Positions 30,880 to 40,108 of a stretch of DNA of 64,000 nucleotides are shown here, one piece after another. Source of the DNA: Isoptericola halotolerans. Lineage in GTDB: Bacteria; Actinomycetota; Actinomycetes; Actinomycetales; Cellulomonadaceae. Numbering within the stretch: the stretch's first letter is position 1; the number at the start of each line of letters is the position of its first letter. Where the stretch lies: contig NZ_JABEZU010000001.1 in assembly GCF_013149785.1 (NCBI RefSeq), positions 372,001 to 436,000 of the forward strand, read 5' to 3'. The notes beneath the pieces are model-generated. The model did not search any database and was not told the DNA's origin. It worked only from the letters and a program-made list of their open reading frames with translations. The position numbers and the translations under genes were made by a program.

Positions 30880-30919
30880 GCGCCCATCGTGCCGCACGGT
30901 GCCGACAGGGCGGCAGGCC

Positions 30920-31711
30920 TCAGGTGTCCGTGCTCGGGAGGGTGCGCAGGTAGTGGAGCTGGGCCGCCACCGACTGCCGTGCGGCGCCGATCACCGACGC
31001 GTCGACGTCCGCGTACACGCGCGCGACGACGTCGCCGACCGTGGCGTCGGACCCGAGCTCCGCCAGCACGGCCCGGACCTGGTCGAGCCGTTCCAGGCGG
31101 TGCTCCCGGTAGGCGCGGACGGCGGTACCCAGGTCCTCGATCACCGGACCGTGCGCGGGCAGCCCCCGGCGGCCGTCACCAGCACGCTCCAGCACGTCCA
31201 GGCTGGCGAGGTAGTCGCCCAGCGACCCGTCCGGTGCCGCGATGACCGTGGTGCCCCGTCCGAGCACCGTGTCGCCCGTGAGCACCACCGGGTCCTCGCC
31301 GGGCGCGCGGACCACGAAGGACACGGAGTCGGCGGTGTGTCCCGGGGTCGCGAGCACCTCGATCCGCAGACCGGCGGCCTCGATCACCTCGCCTCCGCGC
31401 AGGGGCGCGGCCGAGGCGCCGTGGCAGTGGGCGAGGTCGGCCGCCCGCACCGGGGAGCCGGTCATGGCGTGCAGGGCGGTCGAGCCGGCGGTGTGGTCGG
31501 CGTGCCGGTGCGTGACGAGGACGAGCTCGACCGGACCGGAGGCCAGCGCACCGAGGTGGACGGCGTCGTCGGGCCCCGGGTCGACCACGACGGCGCTCGG
31601 CGCCCCCGGTGCGCGCAGCACGTACGAGCGGGTACCGTCCAGCGTCATCGGGCCCGGGTTGTCCGCGCGGCGCACGGACGCGAAGGGGGTGACCGGTGCC
31701 AGCCCGGGCAT
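30920..31711 (-). CDS. MBL-fold metallo-hydrolase
   Basis: NPGPMTLDGT, THRHADH, TPGHTADS, GDTVLG, PAHG. Confidence 0.9.
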   Translation of the reverse strand: MPGLAPVTPFASVRRADNPGPMTLDGTRSYVLRAPGAPSAVVVDPGPDDAVHLGALASGPVELVLVTHRHADHTAGSTALHAMTGSPVRAADLAHCHGASAAPLRGGEVIEAAGLRIEVLATPGHTADSVSFVVRAPGEDPVVLTGDTVLGRGTTVIAAPDGSLGDYLASLDVLERAGDGRRGLPAHGPVIEDLGTAVRAYREHRLERLDQVRAVLAELGSDATVGDVVARVYADVDASVIGAARQSVAAQLHYLRTLPSTDT

Positions 31712-32757
31712 CACGCCATGGCCTCGGCCAGCAGCTCGAGCGTCGCCACCCGGCCGGGCGTCGCGTCCAGGGGTTCGGTGGCGTACGTGCCGGCCACGGG
31801 CACGACCATCACCTCGTCGACCTGGTGCCGGTCGGCGAGCCGGCGGATCTCGGCGGCGGCGTCGTCGGGCGTGGCGATCAGCCACCGGCCGCGCATGTCC
31901 TCGATCATCTGCTGGCCGAGACCGTCCAACGGCGTGGCCAGTGCCTCCTCCACCGTCTCGCTGCGCCCCATCGGCTTGCCGGTGCGCAGCCGAGCCATCG
32001 CGCGGAGCTGGGGGAGCGCCCGCTCGTGGGCCTCGTCGCGCGTCGGGGCCACGACCGCGTTCACGGTGAGGAAGGTCCGCGGTTCCGGGTGCTCGGCCGA
32101 CGGGCTGTAGCCGTCCCGGTAGAGGGCGAGCACCTGGTCCATGCCCGCTCCCGAGAAGTGGTTGGCGAAGACGTACGGCAGGCCGAGCTCGGCGGCGAGG
32201 CGCGCCGAGTAGTCGCTGGAGCCGAGCAGCCACAGCGTCGGTGCCGAGTCGGCCGCCGGGGTCGCGTGCACGTCGTACACCTTGCCGTCGGTGAGCCGCA
32301 GCCGGGCACCGTCCGGGGACATGAGCGACTGGATGTTCTGCACGTGGTCGGGGAAACGGTCCACGTCCGAGGTCGGCCCGGACGAGCGCAGCAGCGCCGT
32401 CACCACCGGGTCGGACCCCGGTGCCCGGCCGATGCCGAGGTCGATCCGTCCCGGAGCGAGGGCCTCCAGCGCCGCGAACTGCTCGGCGACCACCAGCGGG
32501 GCGTGGTTCGGCAGCATCACGCCGCCCGAGCCGACCCTGATCCGGGAGGTGCGGGCGGTGGCGGCCGCGATCATCACCGGCGGCGTGGAGGCGGCGACGG
32601 CCGCCATGTTGTGGTGCTCGGCGAACCAGTAGCGCTCGTAGCCGAGCGCGTCGGCGCGCTCGACGAGCGCCATCGAGGAAGCCAGCGCCTGGGCGCTCGA
32701 CTGCTCGGTGCGGACCGGTACCAGGTCCAGGACGGAGAGGGCGGGCGAGGTAGTCAT
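31711..32757 (-). CDS. LLM-class (luciferase-like) monooxygenase
   Basis: LSVLDLVP, RYWFAEHHN, GSGGVMLPNH, LGIGRAPG, WLLGSS. Confidence 0.9.
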   Translation of the reverse strand: MTTSPALSVLDLVPVRTEQSSAQALASSMALVERADALGYERYWFAEHHNMAAVAASTPPVMIAAATARTSRIRVGSGGVMLPNHAPLVVAEQFAALEALAPGRIDLGIGRAPGSDPVVTALLRSSGPTSDVDRFPDHVQNIQSLMSPDGARLRLTDGKVYDVHATPAADSAPTLWLLGSSDYSARLAAELGLPYVFANHFSGAGMDQVLALYRDGYSPSAEHPEPRTFLTVNAVVAPTRDEAHERALPQLRAMARLRTGKPMGRSETVEEALATPLDGLGQQMIEDMRGRWLIATPDDAAAEIRRLADRHQVDEVMVVPVAGTYATEPLDATPGRVATLELLAEAMA

Positions 32758-32875
32758 CAGACCGGTGAACGCTCGCCGCGGGGCCGAGCATTCCGACGGT
32801 CCTCTCATCGTCGTCTCATGAACGCCCGGTAGCGTCCGCCCAGCACTGAGACGATCCACGAACGCACCCGGGGGA

Positions 32876-33598
32876 ATGGGCATGCAGCACGTCCGGCGCG
32901 TCGCAGAGACGCTCGGCGTCCGGCGCGGACCGGCCGCCACCGTGCTGGCCATGTGCTGGGGGACGCTCGCGATCCTCGTCGTGGCGCACGTCGGGTTCCG
33001 GCAGTACCGGGTCCCGGGTGACGTGGACTTCGCCCTCGGTCGTGAGCGCGGGTACGGCGAGGTCTTCTTCATGATCATGACGATCTGGTGCGTCGCGCTC
33101 TGCCTCGCCCTGATGTGGCGCCTGCGCGCCCCGGTGATGGGTGGCTGGGCGCTGGGGTTCGGCATGTTGTTCGTCGACGACTGGTTCCAGCTCCACGAAC
33201 GGTTCGGCGCCGTGCTCGGACCGTCGCTCGGGGTGCGCAACGCGCTGGGTGAGATCGTCTGGCTCGGCGCCCTGGCCCTCGTGGTCGGGGTCGCGCTGGT
33301 CGTTCTCCACCTGGTCGCGCCGGCCGGGACGAGATCCATCTCGGCCGTGCTGTTCGGCCTGGCTGCCGCGCTGGCGGTGGCGGGCGTCGGGATGGACTAC
33401 CTGCACTCGCTGACGTCCGGGCACGGGCGGTGGCTCAACACCGTCATGATCATCCTGGAGGACGGCGGCGAGATCCTCGTGATGTGCCTGGTGACCTGCT
33501 ACCTCTTCGCGGTACAGGCGCTCGGTCACCGTCCACGGGTGAGCGGCTGGTTCGGCCGGGTCACGGGCGTCCCGGCCGAGCATCGCGCCCTGCGCTGA
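32876..33598 (+). CDS. hypothetical multi-pass membrane protein
   Basis: About 6 hydrophobic helices; DDWFQLHE and LEDGGE polar motifs. Confidence 0.6.
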   Translation: MGMQHVRRVAETLGVRRGPAATVLAMCWGTLAILVVAHVGFRQYRVPGDVDFALGRERGYGEVFFMIMTIWCVALCLALMWRLRAPVMGGWALGFGMLFVDDWFQLHERFGAVLGPSLGVRNALGEIVWLGALALVVGVALVVLHLVAPAGTRSISAVLFGLAAALAVAGVGMDYLHSLTSGHGRWLNTVMIILEDGGEILVMCLVTCYLFAVQALGHRPRVSGWFGRVTGVPAEHRALR

Positions 33599-33691
33599 CG
33601 GCCGGCGCATGCTCCTCGTCCGGTCTCCGGGTGCGGCGGACGCCCGCCGCGCCCACCATCAGCTCAGGGACGGCGGGGGCTGGACCGGGAG

Positions 33692-34759
33692 GTGGCGGAC
33701 AGCATGGACCGACGCAAGGTGGTCAGAGCGTTGGCGAGGGTGCACCGGACGTGGTTGCGTCACCCGCGCTGGTCGTTGGCGAGCCGGGGCGCGCTCGCCG
33801 CGGGCATCGCATGGTTCGTGGGGGTCCTCGCCCCCGCCCCGTTGTCCGACTACCCGTACTACGCGCCGCTCGGCGCGGTCATCGCCACCACGAGCACCCT
33901 GGTGCGGTCCGTGCGGGACTCGGTCCAGGTCACCGCGGCGCTGCTCGTCGGCGCCGGGATCGCGCGGGCGGCAGATGTCTTCCTGTCGCCCGGGGCGCTG
34001 TCGGTCGCGCTGGTCGTGGGTGCCTCGCTCCTCATCTCCGGTTGGCGGGGCTTCGGCGAGATGGGGAGCTGGGTCGCGACGTCGGCGATCTTCGTGCTGA
34101 TCCTCGGCAACGTCGACGCCCTGGAGTACGTGGGGTCCTTCGCCGGTCTCGTCGTGGCGGGTGCCGCGGTCGGGGTCGCGATCAACCTGGCGCTGCCTCC
34201 GCTGCCGCTGAGGCTGACAGAGGACGCGCTCGAGCAGCTCAGCGACGTCCTGGCCGACGAGATGGAGGATCTGGCGGACGACCTGGACGAGCCGGGAGCG
34301 TTGGTGGTCGACGCCTGGGACCTCCGCCGCCGAGCGGTCCACGGGACGCTCGACCGGACCCGTGCGGCGGTCGAGGGGATCCGCGAGGCGGGCCGGGCCA
34401 ACGTGCGGGTGCGCCGTCACCGTCGCTGGAGCAGGGGCCAGGAGGTCCGGTCCCGGGAGCTCGAGACGGCGGCGGCCTCGGTAGAACAGGTGCTGGGCCT
34501 CCTGGTCGACGTCACCGCCCCGATCGACCTCGGTGTGTCGTTGCGGTCGGCCCTGGTGGACGCCCTGCGGTCCACGGCCGCGGTGCTGCGCGCGGACGCC
34601 TGGGACCCTGAGCGGGACGAGCTGGTCGATCGCCTGGCCGAGGTGGTGCGGGAGTTCGAGCGAAGGGTCCGGGAGGAGGCCCCGCAGGTCGAGGTGGAAC
34701 TGGTCGCCGGAGCGCTGGTCGTGTCGCTGCAGCGCGCCGTCGAGGCCTTCCGGGAGTGA
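33692..34759 (+). CDS. FUSC/aromatic acid exporter family membrane protein
   Basis: YYAPLGAVIA motif, N-terminal TM bundle, helical cytoplasmic C-terminus. Confidence 0.7.
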   Translation: MADSMDRRKVVRALARVHRTWLRHPRWSLASRGALAAGIAWFVGVLAPAPLSDYPYYAPLGAVIATTSTLVRSVRDSVQVTAALLVGAGIARAADVFLSPGALSVALVVGASLLISGWRGFGEMGSWVATSAIFVLILGNVDALEYVGSFAGLVVAGAAVGVAINLALPPLPLRLTEDALEQLSDVLADEMEDLADDLDEPGALVVDAWDLRRRAVHGTLDRTRAAVEGIREAGRANVRVRRHRRWSRGQEVRSRELETAAASVEQVLGLLVDVTAPIDLGVSLRSALVDALRSTAAVLRADAWDPERDELVDRLAEVVREFERRVREEAPQVEVELVAGALVVSLQRAVEAFRE

Positions 34760-36031
34760 TCAGGCCCGCAGCGCCTGCTCCACGTCCTCGATGATGTCCA
34801 GCGGGTCCTCGAGCCCGACGGACAGCCGCACCGTCGTGTCGGTGATCCCGACGGCGGCACGCCCCTCCGCGCCGAGCTTGCGGTGCGTGGTGGTGGCCGG
34901 GTGGGTCATGATCGACTTGGCGTCGCCCAGGTTGTTGGACAGGTCGATGATCCGCAGGGAGTCGAGGAACGCGAAGGTGTGCTTCTTCGCCTCGTCCGGC
35001 CCGGCGCCGTCGGGCACGGCGAGCTCGAAGGTGACGACGGTGCCTCCTCCGGTCTGTTGCGCCTTCGCGAGCTCGTGCTGCGGGTGCGAGGGCAGGTACG
35101 GGTAGAGCACGCGCGCGATCTCCGCACGGCCCTCGAGGGCCGTGGCGACCTGCAGGGCGGCGGCGTTCTGGGCGCGCACCCGGACGTCGAGGGTCTCGAG
35201 CCCCTTGAGCAGCACCCAGGCGTTGAACGGGCTCATCGAGGGCCCGGTGTGCCGCAGGAAGGTCTGGACCGGGCCGGCGAGGAACTCCTCGGACCCGAGG
35301 ATCGCCCCGCCGAGCACGCGCCCCTGCCCGTCGATGTGCTTGGTCGCGGAGTAGACGACGACGTCGGCGCCGAGCGCGAACGGCTTCTGCAGGATCGGCG
35401 TGGCGAACACGTTGTCGACCACGACGACGGCGCCGGCCGCGTGGGCGAGCTCGGCCACGCGGCGCACGTCCACCAGGTCCTGCATGGGGTTGGACGGCGT
35501 CTCGAAGAACACGACGTCGGCGGGGGTGGCGAGGGCCTGCTCCCACTGCTCGGGGACGTGTCCGTCCACCAGGTCGACCTGCACGCCCCACGTGGCGAGG
35601 ATCTCGTCGTAGATGACGTTGGTCGAGCCGAACAGCGCGCGGGCGGAGACGATGCGTGAACCGCTGGACACCAGGGCCGCCAGCGTGGTGAACACCGCGG
35701 ACATGCCGCTGGCGGTCGCGTAGCAGGCCTCGGCGCCCTCGATGAGGCGCAGCCGCTCCTCGAAGGTGCGCACGGTGGGGTTGCCGTAGCGCGAGTACAT
35801 GAAGCGCGAGGTCTCGCCGGCGAACGCCGCCTCGGCGTCGGCGGCCGAGGAGTACGTGTAGCCCTGCGTCAGGAAGAGGCCCTCGGACATCTCCTCGAAG
35901 TCGGAGCGGCGGTGACCGCCGCGCACGGCGAGCGTGGCCGGGCGGACGCCGTCGGGCAGCGGGCCACGGCCGGAGCCGCCCGGCCTGGTGGCGTCGGCGC
36001 CGGGCCCGGTGGGGACCTCGGCGCCGGTCAC
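34760..36031 (-). CDS. metZ: O-succinylhomoserine sulfhydrylase
   Basis: YSRYGNPTV, ASGMSA, FETPSNP, VDNVFATP, YSATKHIDGQGR, NLGDAKS; GTG start overlaps the rhodanese stop. Confidence 0.88.
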   Translation of the reverse strand: MTGAEVPTGPGADATRPGGSGRGPLPDGVRPATLAVRGGHRRSDFEEMSEGLFLTQGYTYSSAADAEAAFAGETSRFMYSRYGNPTVRTFEERLRLIEGAEACYATASGMSAVFTTLAALVSSGSRIVSARALFGSTNVIYDEILATWGVQVDLVDGHVPEQWEQALATPADVVFFETPSNPMQDLVDVRRVAELAHAAGAVVVVDNVFATPILQKPFALGADVVVYSATKHIDGQGRVLGGAILGSEEFLAGPVQTFLRHTGPSMSPFNAWVLLKGLETLDVRVRAQNAAALQVATALEGRAEIARVLYPYLPSHPQHELAKAQQTGGGTVVTFELAVPDGAGPDEAKKHTFAFLDSLRIIDLSNNLGDAKSIMTHPATTTHRKLGAEGRAAVGITDTTVRLSVGLEDPLDIIEDVEQALRA

Positions 36032-36483
36032 GCCGTGGCCTCGTCGTAGGAGCCCCAGGGCAGTCCGCGCACCTTCCAGCCCTGCTGGTCGCGGACGCCG
36101 CCGAAGCCGGGTGCGCCCTCGAAGCCCTCGAGGACGTTGTAGGACGGCCCGATGCCGGCGGACGTGGCCAGGCGGGCGGCACCGATGGAGCGCTGCCCCG
36201 AGCGGCACAGGAAGACGACCGGCTTGTCGGGGCCGACGCCGGCGGTCTCCAGCTCGGCGAGGAACGCGGGGTTGGGCCGACCGTCCGCGGTGACCCACTG
36301 GCTGAAGACGGTGTCCTTGCCGAGCCCGGTGACGTCGGGGACGCCGACGGTGCGCCACTCGCCGTCGGTGCGGACGTCGACGAGCACGGCGTCCGGGTCG
36401 GCGGAGAGCAGGTCCCAGGCCTGCTGCGGGGTGATGTCCCCGGCGTAGCCCTGCGCGGGGCGGGCCTCGATCGGTGCGGTCAT
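36028..36483 (-). CDS. single-domain rhodanese (sulfurtransferase)
   Basis: YAGDITP, LVDVRT..EW..VGVPD, active loop CRSGQRS, NVLEGFEG, GW...GLPW. Confidence 0.88.
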   Translation of the reverse strand: MTAPIEARPAQGYAGDITPQQAWDLLSADPDAVLVDVRTDGEWRTVGVPDVTGLGKDTVFSQWVTADGRPNPAFLAELETAGVGPDKPVVFLCRSGQRSIGAARLATSAGIGPSYNVLEGFEGAPGFGGVRDQQGWKVRGLPWGSYDEATA

Positions 36484-36493
36484 GGCACTCCTC

Positions 36494-36590
36494 CCATCGG
36501 TCGTGGCGGTAGCACCGCGTCCGAGGGCTGAAGGCCCCCGCGGGTTGCTGCGGCGTCGACGTGCCACGTCACTCGGCCGCTCGGGATGGT
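36494..36590 (-). ncRNA. SAM-I (S-box) riboswitch, actinobacterial form
   Basis: Minus strand CCATCCCGAGCGGCCGAG..TGGC..GACGCCGCAGCAACC...GGTGCTACCGCC..CGATGG; the 3' P1 strand abuts the GGAGGAG RBS; upstream of Met biosynthesis genes. Confidence 0.85.
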
Positions 36591-36671
36591 CAGGGCGATC
36601 GTACGACACCGCGTCCGTTGGATGGACAGTCCGTCTCGCAGGCTGGGCACCGGGTCGGGTGCACACCGCGG

Positions 36672-37262
36672 TCAGCCCTCGTAGCGGAGCTCGACGCGAC
36701 GGTTCTGCTCGCGGGCCTCGGCCACTGCGTCCTCGTCGCCGCGCTCGTCGACCTTGAGCCGGCTCTCGCCGAAGCCCTCGACGTCCAGGTCCAGGTCGTC
36801 CCGGGCCTGCTCGATCGCTGCGGCGACGGCATCTGCGCGCCGTTCGGACAACCCTTGGTTGAACTCCGCGGTGTCGACCGTGTCGGTGTGACCGTGGACC
36901 TTCACCGTGGCGTCCTGAGGGATGTCGGCGACCAGCTCGCCGACGCGCCGGACCGCGTCGTCGGACAGCTCCGACTCCGAGGGGTCGAAGAGGATGTCGG
37001 AGGACAGCGTCACGACCGTCTCCTCGTCCTCCTGCTCGACCGTCTGCACCTCGTGGACGCTCCGGGCGGGGTCTGCCCAGGAGGTGACGGAGCGGCCCGG
37101 GTCGGACCACTCGACGATCGACTGGGCGATCTCCCGGGGCGTCGGGTCCTCGAAGCCCAGTTCCTCCGGTGTGGGCCACTCCGCGGTGGACGGGGTGGAG
37201 GCCACGAACGCCAACGTGAGCGCGGCGGCGAGGTGGATGCTGTGCGCGGGCACGCGGATCAC
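36672..37262 (-). CDS. secreted OmpA-C-like (peptidoglycan-binding) domain protein
   Basis: Signal-like N-terminus; LSSDILFD, VHGHTD, FNQGLSERRADAV, GFGESR, NRRVE. Confidence 0.88.
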   Translation of the reverse strand: MIRVPAHSIHLAAALTLAFVASTPSTAEWPTPEELGFEDPTPREIAQSIVEWSDPGRSVTSWADPARSVHEVQTVEQEDEETVVTLSSDILFDPSESELSDDAVRRVGELVADIPQDATVKVHGHTDTVDTAEFNQGLSERRADAVAAAIEQARDDLDLDVEGFGESRLKVDERGDEDAVAEAREQNRRVELRYEG

Positions 37263-37915
37263 TCCCCGGAGGTCAGCGGGACGTCGTCGAACACGGGCCA
37301 CGAGCTGCTGATCTGGACGTCGACGGCCGAGACGTCGTCCTGGGGGGCCGCGAAGAAGATCTGGAACCCGATCGACTCGCCCTGGGCCGCCTCGGCGTCG
37401 TGCCAGTTGGCGTGGTGGATCGGCTGGTACGTCTTCAGGTGGGCGCGGTCGACGAGCTGCGGCCTGTCCGTGCCCAGCAGGGTGTACACCGAGGACAGGC
37501 CGTTGCCGCTGCCCACGAACTGGGGCGTCAGGACCAGGCGTAGCTCGGTGGTGCTGCCGTCGGTGGTCAGCGACTCGATGCCGACGCGTACGTCGTCGTC
37601 GGTGCCGGGGAGGGTGAAGGTCGCGTCGGCGACGACCTGGTCGGGGTCGGCAGGCGTCACGCCGATGACATCCGTCCGGGAGGCGTCGGCGGTGGTGTCG
37701 TTCTCGGGCGCCGGGGTCGCGGCGTCGTCGTCGCTGACGTCGTCGCCCTCGTCGTCTGTGTCGGGATCGGACGGTGCCCCGTCGGTCTCGGGCTGCGTGC
37801 TGCTCTGGACGGCCTCGCCCTCGAACGTGGCGTCCTCGGTGCCGAACAGCGCGCAGCCGGACAGGCTGAGCGAGGCGAGCAGGGCGACCGGGACGAGTCG
37901 GGTGATGGTGCGCAT
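37259..37915 (-). CDS. hypothetical lipoprotein
   Basis: AAGGAG RBS; lipobox LSLSGC; acidic linker; beta-rich C-terminal domain ending FDDVPL. Confidence 0.8.
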   Translation of the reverse strand: MRTITRLVPVALLASLSLSGCALFGTEDATFEGEAVQSSTQPETDGAPSDPDTDDEGDDVSDDDAATPAPENDTTADASRTDVIGVTPADPDQVVADATFTLPGTDDDVRVGIESLTTDGSTTELRLVLTPQFVGSGNGLSSVYTLLGTDRPQLVDRAHLKTYQPIHHANWHDAEAAQGESIGFQIFFAAPQDDVSAVDVQISSSWPVFDDVPLTSGE

Positions 37916-38015
37916 GGCGTTCTCCTTGATCGGTGGACACCTGGTGGGTCGTCGAGCAGCCCGGAAAAGTTGCATGCGGGGGCGCGCCGATGTCATTCGA
38001 TGATGTCGGTGCTGG

Positions 38016-39260
38016 TCATGGCGTGACCCGCAGGGGAAGATCGGCCTCGAGCGGGCGGTCGCCGTCGCGAGTCTGGAGGCGTACCCGCGCCTGGCCGGTG
38101 GACGCCGGCGTGAGCGTGATCGACGGTTCGTCGGCCACGTACTGACCGGTGGGCAGCACCCAGACCCAGTGCTCGGTCCCCGCGACGTCGGCCACGAAGG
38201 TGGCTGTCTCGCCGACGGAGACCTGCGTGGGCCCCTCGATCGCCACCCGGACGGTATCGGTCCGGTCCGGTGGCGCCGGGCCGGGGCCGAGCAGCGCACC
38301 CAGCGTCAGCCCTGCGACCAGTGCCGCCGTCGATGCCGTCGCGGCGACGCGGACCGTCCGTCGCCGCCGTGGCGGTGCGTCCGGTGCGTCCTGCGCGGGG
38401 GCGGCAGCGACGGGCTGTGCGTCCTGTGGTGGGCGCGGCACGGGTGGTGGGGTGAGCGCGCGCTCGACGTCGGCGAGCCACTGTGCGGCGTCGTCGTGCC
38501 GGTCGGTGGGGTCTGCGGCCAGGGAGCGGTGCAGGGCGTCGTCCAGCGCGTCGGGCAGCTCGGCGCCGTCGCACAGCCATCGCATCAGCGCCGACATGGC
38601 CCACAGGTCGGCTCTGGTGTCGACGCGTCCCGGCCCGGCGGACTGCTCAGGCGGACGGAAGCCCTCGGTGCCGCCCGCCACGGTGAGCCCGGAGCTGACC
38701 GCCAGGTCTTTGCACATGCCCAGGTCGGCGACGAGCAGACGTTCGTCCTGGGCGACGACGCGTCCGGGCGCGGTGCCGTGCGGTGTCTCGTCGGGCGCCG
38801 CGGTCGTGGCCTCTGCCGACGTCAGCAGCACGTTGCCGGGGCTGAGGTCCCGGTGCACGATCTGCACGCGGTGCACGGCCTCGACGGCCGCTGTCAGGCC
38901 GCGGGCGACGGCGAGCACGTCGTCGACGGACGCCGTCCACCCGCTCGAGCGCAGGCGTCGCACCCGGTCCCGGAGCGTGCCCCGGTCGGCGCGCTCCAGC
39001 ACCAGGAACGGCTGCTGACCTGCCGACTCGCCGATGTCGTGCACGGCGACCACGTGCGGGCTCCGGACTCGCCGCAGCGCGCGACCCTCGGCGATGAACC
39101 GTTCGCGGACCTCGGGGTTGATGCTGTGGTTCTCCGCGAGCACCTTGACGACGACGTCGTCGTCGAGCCGGTCGTCCCGGGCGGCGTGGACGGTGGCGAA
39201 GGAACCGGCGCCGAGCACGATCCCCAGACGGTAGCGGCCGACCCGTGACGCGCCCGTCAC
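38016..39260 (-). CDS. membrane Hanks-type Ser/Thr protein kinase
   Basis: LGAGSFATV, VVKVL, HRDLSPGN, DLG, PPEQ, DLWA; then Pro linker, TM helix and a small beta-rich extracellular domain. Confidence 0.88.
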   Translation of the reverse strand: MTGASRVGRYRLGIVLGAGSFATVHAARDDRLDDDVVVKVLAENHSINPEVRERFIAEGRALRRVRSPHVVAVHDIGESAGQQPFLVLERADRGTLRDRVRRLRSSGWTASVDDVLAVARGLTAAVEAVHRVQIVHRDLSPGNVLLTSAEATTAAPDETPHGTAPGRVVAQDERLLVADLGMCKDLAVSSGLTVAGGTEGFRPPEQSAGPGRVDTRADLWAMSALMRWLCDGAELPDALDDALHRSLAADPTDRHDDAAQWLADVERALTPPPVPRPPQDAQPVAAAPAQDAPDAPPRRRRTVRVAATASTAALVAGLTLGALLGPGPAPPDRTDTVRVAIEGPTQVSVGETATFVADVAGTEHWVWVLPTGQYVADEPSITLTPASTGQARVRLQTRDGDRPLEADLPLRVTP

Positions 39261-39856
39261 ATCTCCCCCAGGCGGGCCGCGACCAGCGCGCGACCCCGGG
39301 AGACCTGGGCCTTGACGGTGCCGACCGGGCGGCAGAGCCGTTCGGCGACCTGCGCGTAGGTGAGACCATCGATGTCCCGCAGCGCCACCGGTGCGCGGTA
39401 GATCTCCGGCAGGCCGGACAGGGCGTCCCGGACGCTGGCGCGTGTCGCCAGCATCGAGCTCATCCGTTCCCCGGGGCCGATGTCGTCGTCGGGCAGGGAG
39501 GTGGTGGCGCGGCGCCGGCGCAGGTGGTCCACGACGCGGCGCCGGACGATGCTGTGCACCCAGGTCGTCACCCTGGACGTCCCGGCGAAGCCGTGGATCG
39601 ACGTCGCCACCGAGATCAGCACGTCCTGCGAGACGTCGTCCACGTCGTTCTCGTCGAGGAGGGCGGCTCGTACGAAACGCCGGACCACGCCGGAGTCGTC
39701 GAGGAGCTCGACCAGCAGCTCGACGGCGAGCTCGTCGCCGTCGGCCGCGTACCGGGCGAGCGTCGCGAGGGCGTCGTCGTCGGCGGCCTCGAAGGCGATC
39801 CGGCGCGCCGTCGCGGGGTCCGCACCCTCCAGTGCCCGTGCCAGGCCGTCGAGCAT
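39257..39856 (-). CDS. ECF RNA polymerase sigma factor
   Basis: Region 2 DVDDVSQDV...TWVHSIVRRRVVDHLR; region 4 LPEIYR...GLTYAQVAERL..PVGTVKAQVSRGR; start could be 39871 or 39895. Confidence 0.88.
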   Translation of the reverse strand: MLDGLARALEGADPATARRIAFEAADDDALATLARYAADGDELAVELLVELLDDSGVVRRFVRAALLDENDVDDVSQDVLISVATSIHGFAGTSRVTTWVHSIVRRRVVDHLRRRRATTSLPDDDIGPGERMSSMLATRASVRDALSGLPEIYRAPVALRDIDGLTYAQVAERLCRPVGTVKAQVSRGRALVAARLGEM

Positions 39857-39959
39857 CCCGTCCCCCCGCATCGATCTCCGATCGATCCTATCCATACCAG
39901 ATGATGAGACATGGAGCCCACCTGTTGACACCGCCCGTGTCGATTGGTGACCATGACGA

Positions 39960-40075
39960 CAGGTCATGAGCGCCAGCGCGAAGCCCCGGCTCGCTGGCCG
40001 GCAACCCTCCCCTCGCGGCGGGGTGCCCCGGGTGACGACCAGGCACGGCGCCGACCGGCGTCCGGCAAGCGCGGG
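39960..40075 (+). ncRNA. SAM-IV riboswitch
   Basis: GGTCATGAGCGCCAGCGCGAAGCCCCGGCTCGCTGGCCGGCAACCCTCC..CGCGGCGGGGTGCCCCGGGTGACGACCAGG...GCAAGCGCG matches the SAM-IV pattern; TTGACA at 39925. Confidence 0.9.
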
Positions 40076-40108
40076 GAGGCCCCTCCCCGAACGAACGAGG
40101 AGGACGTC

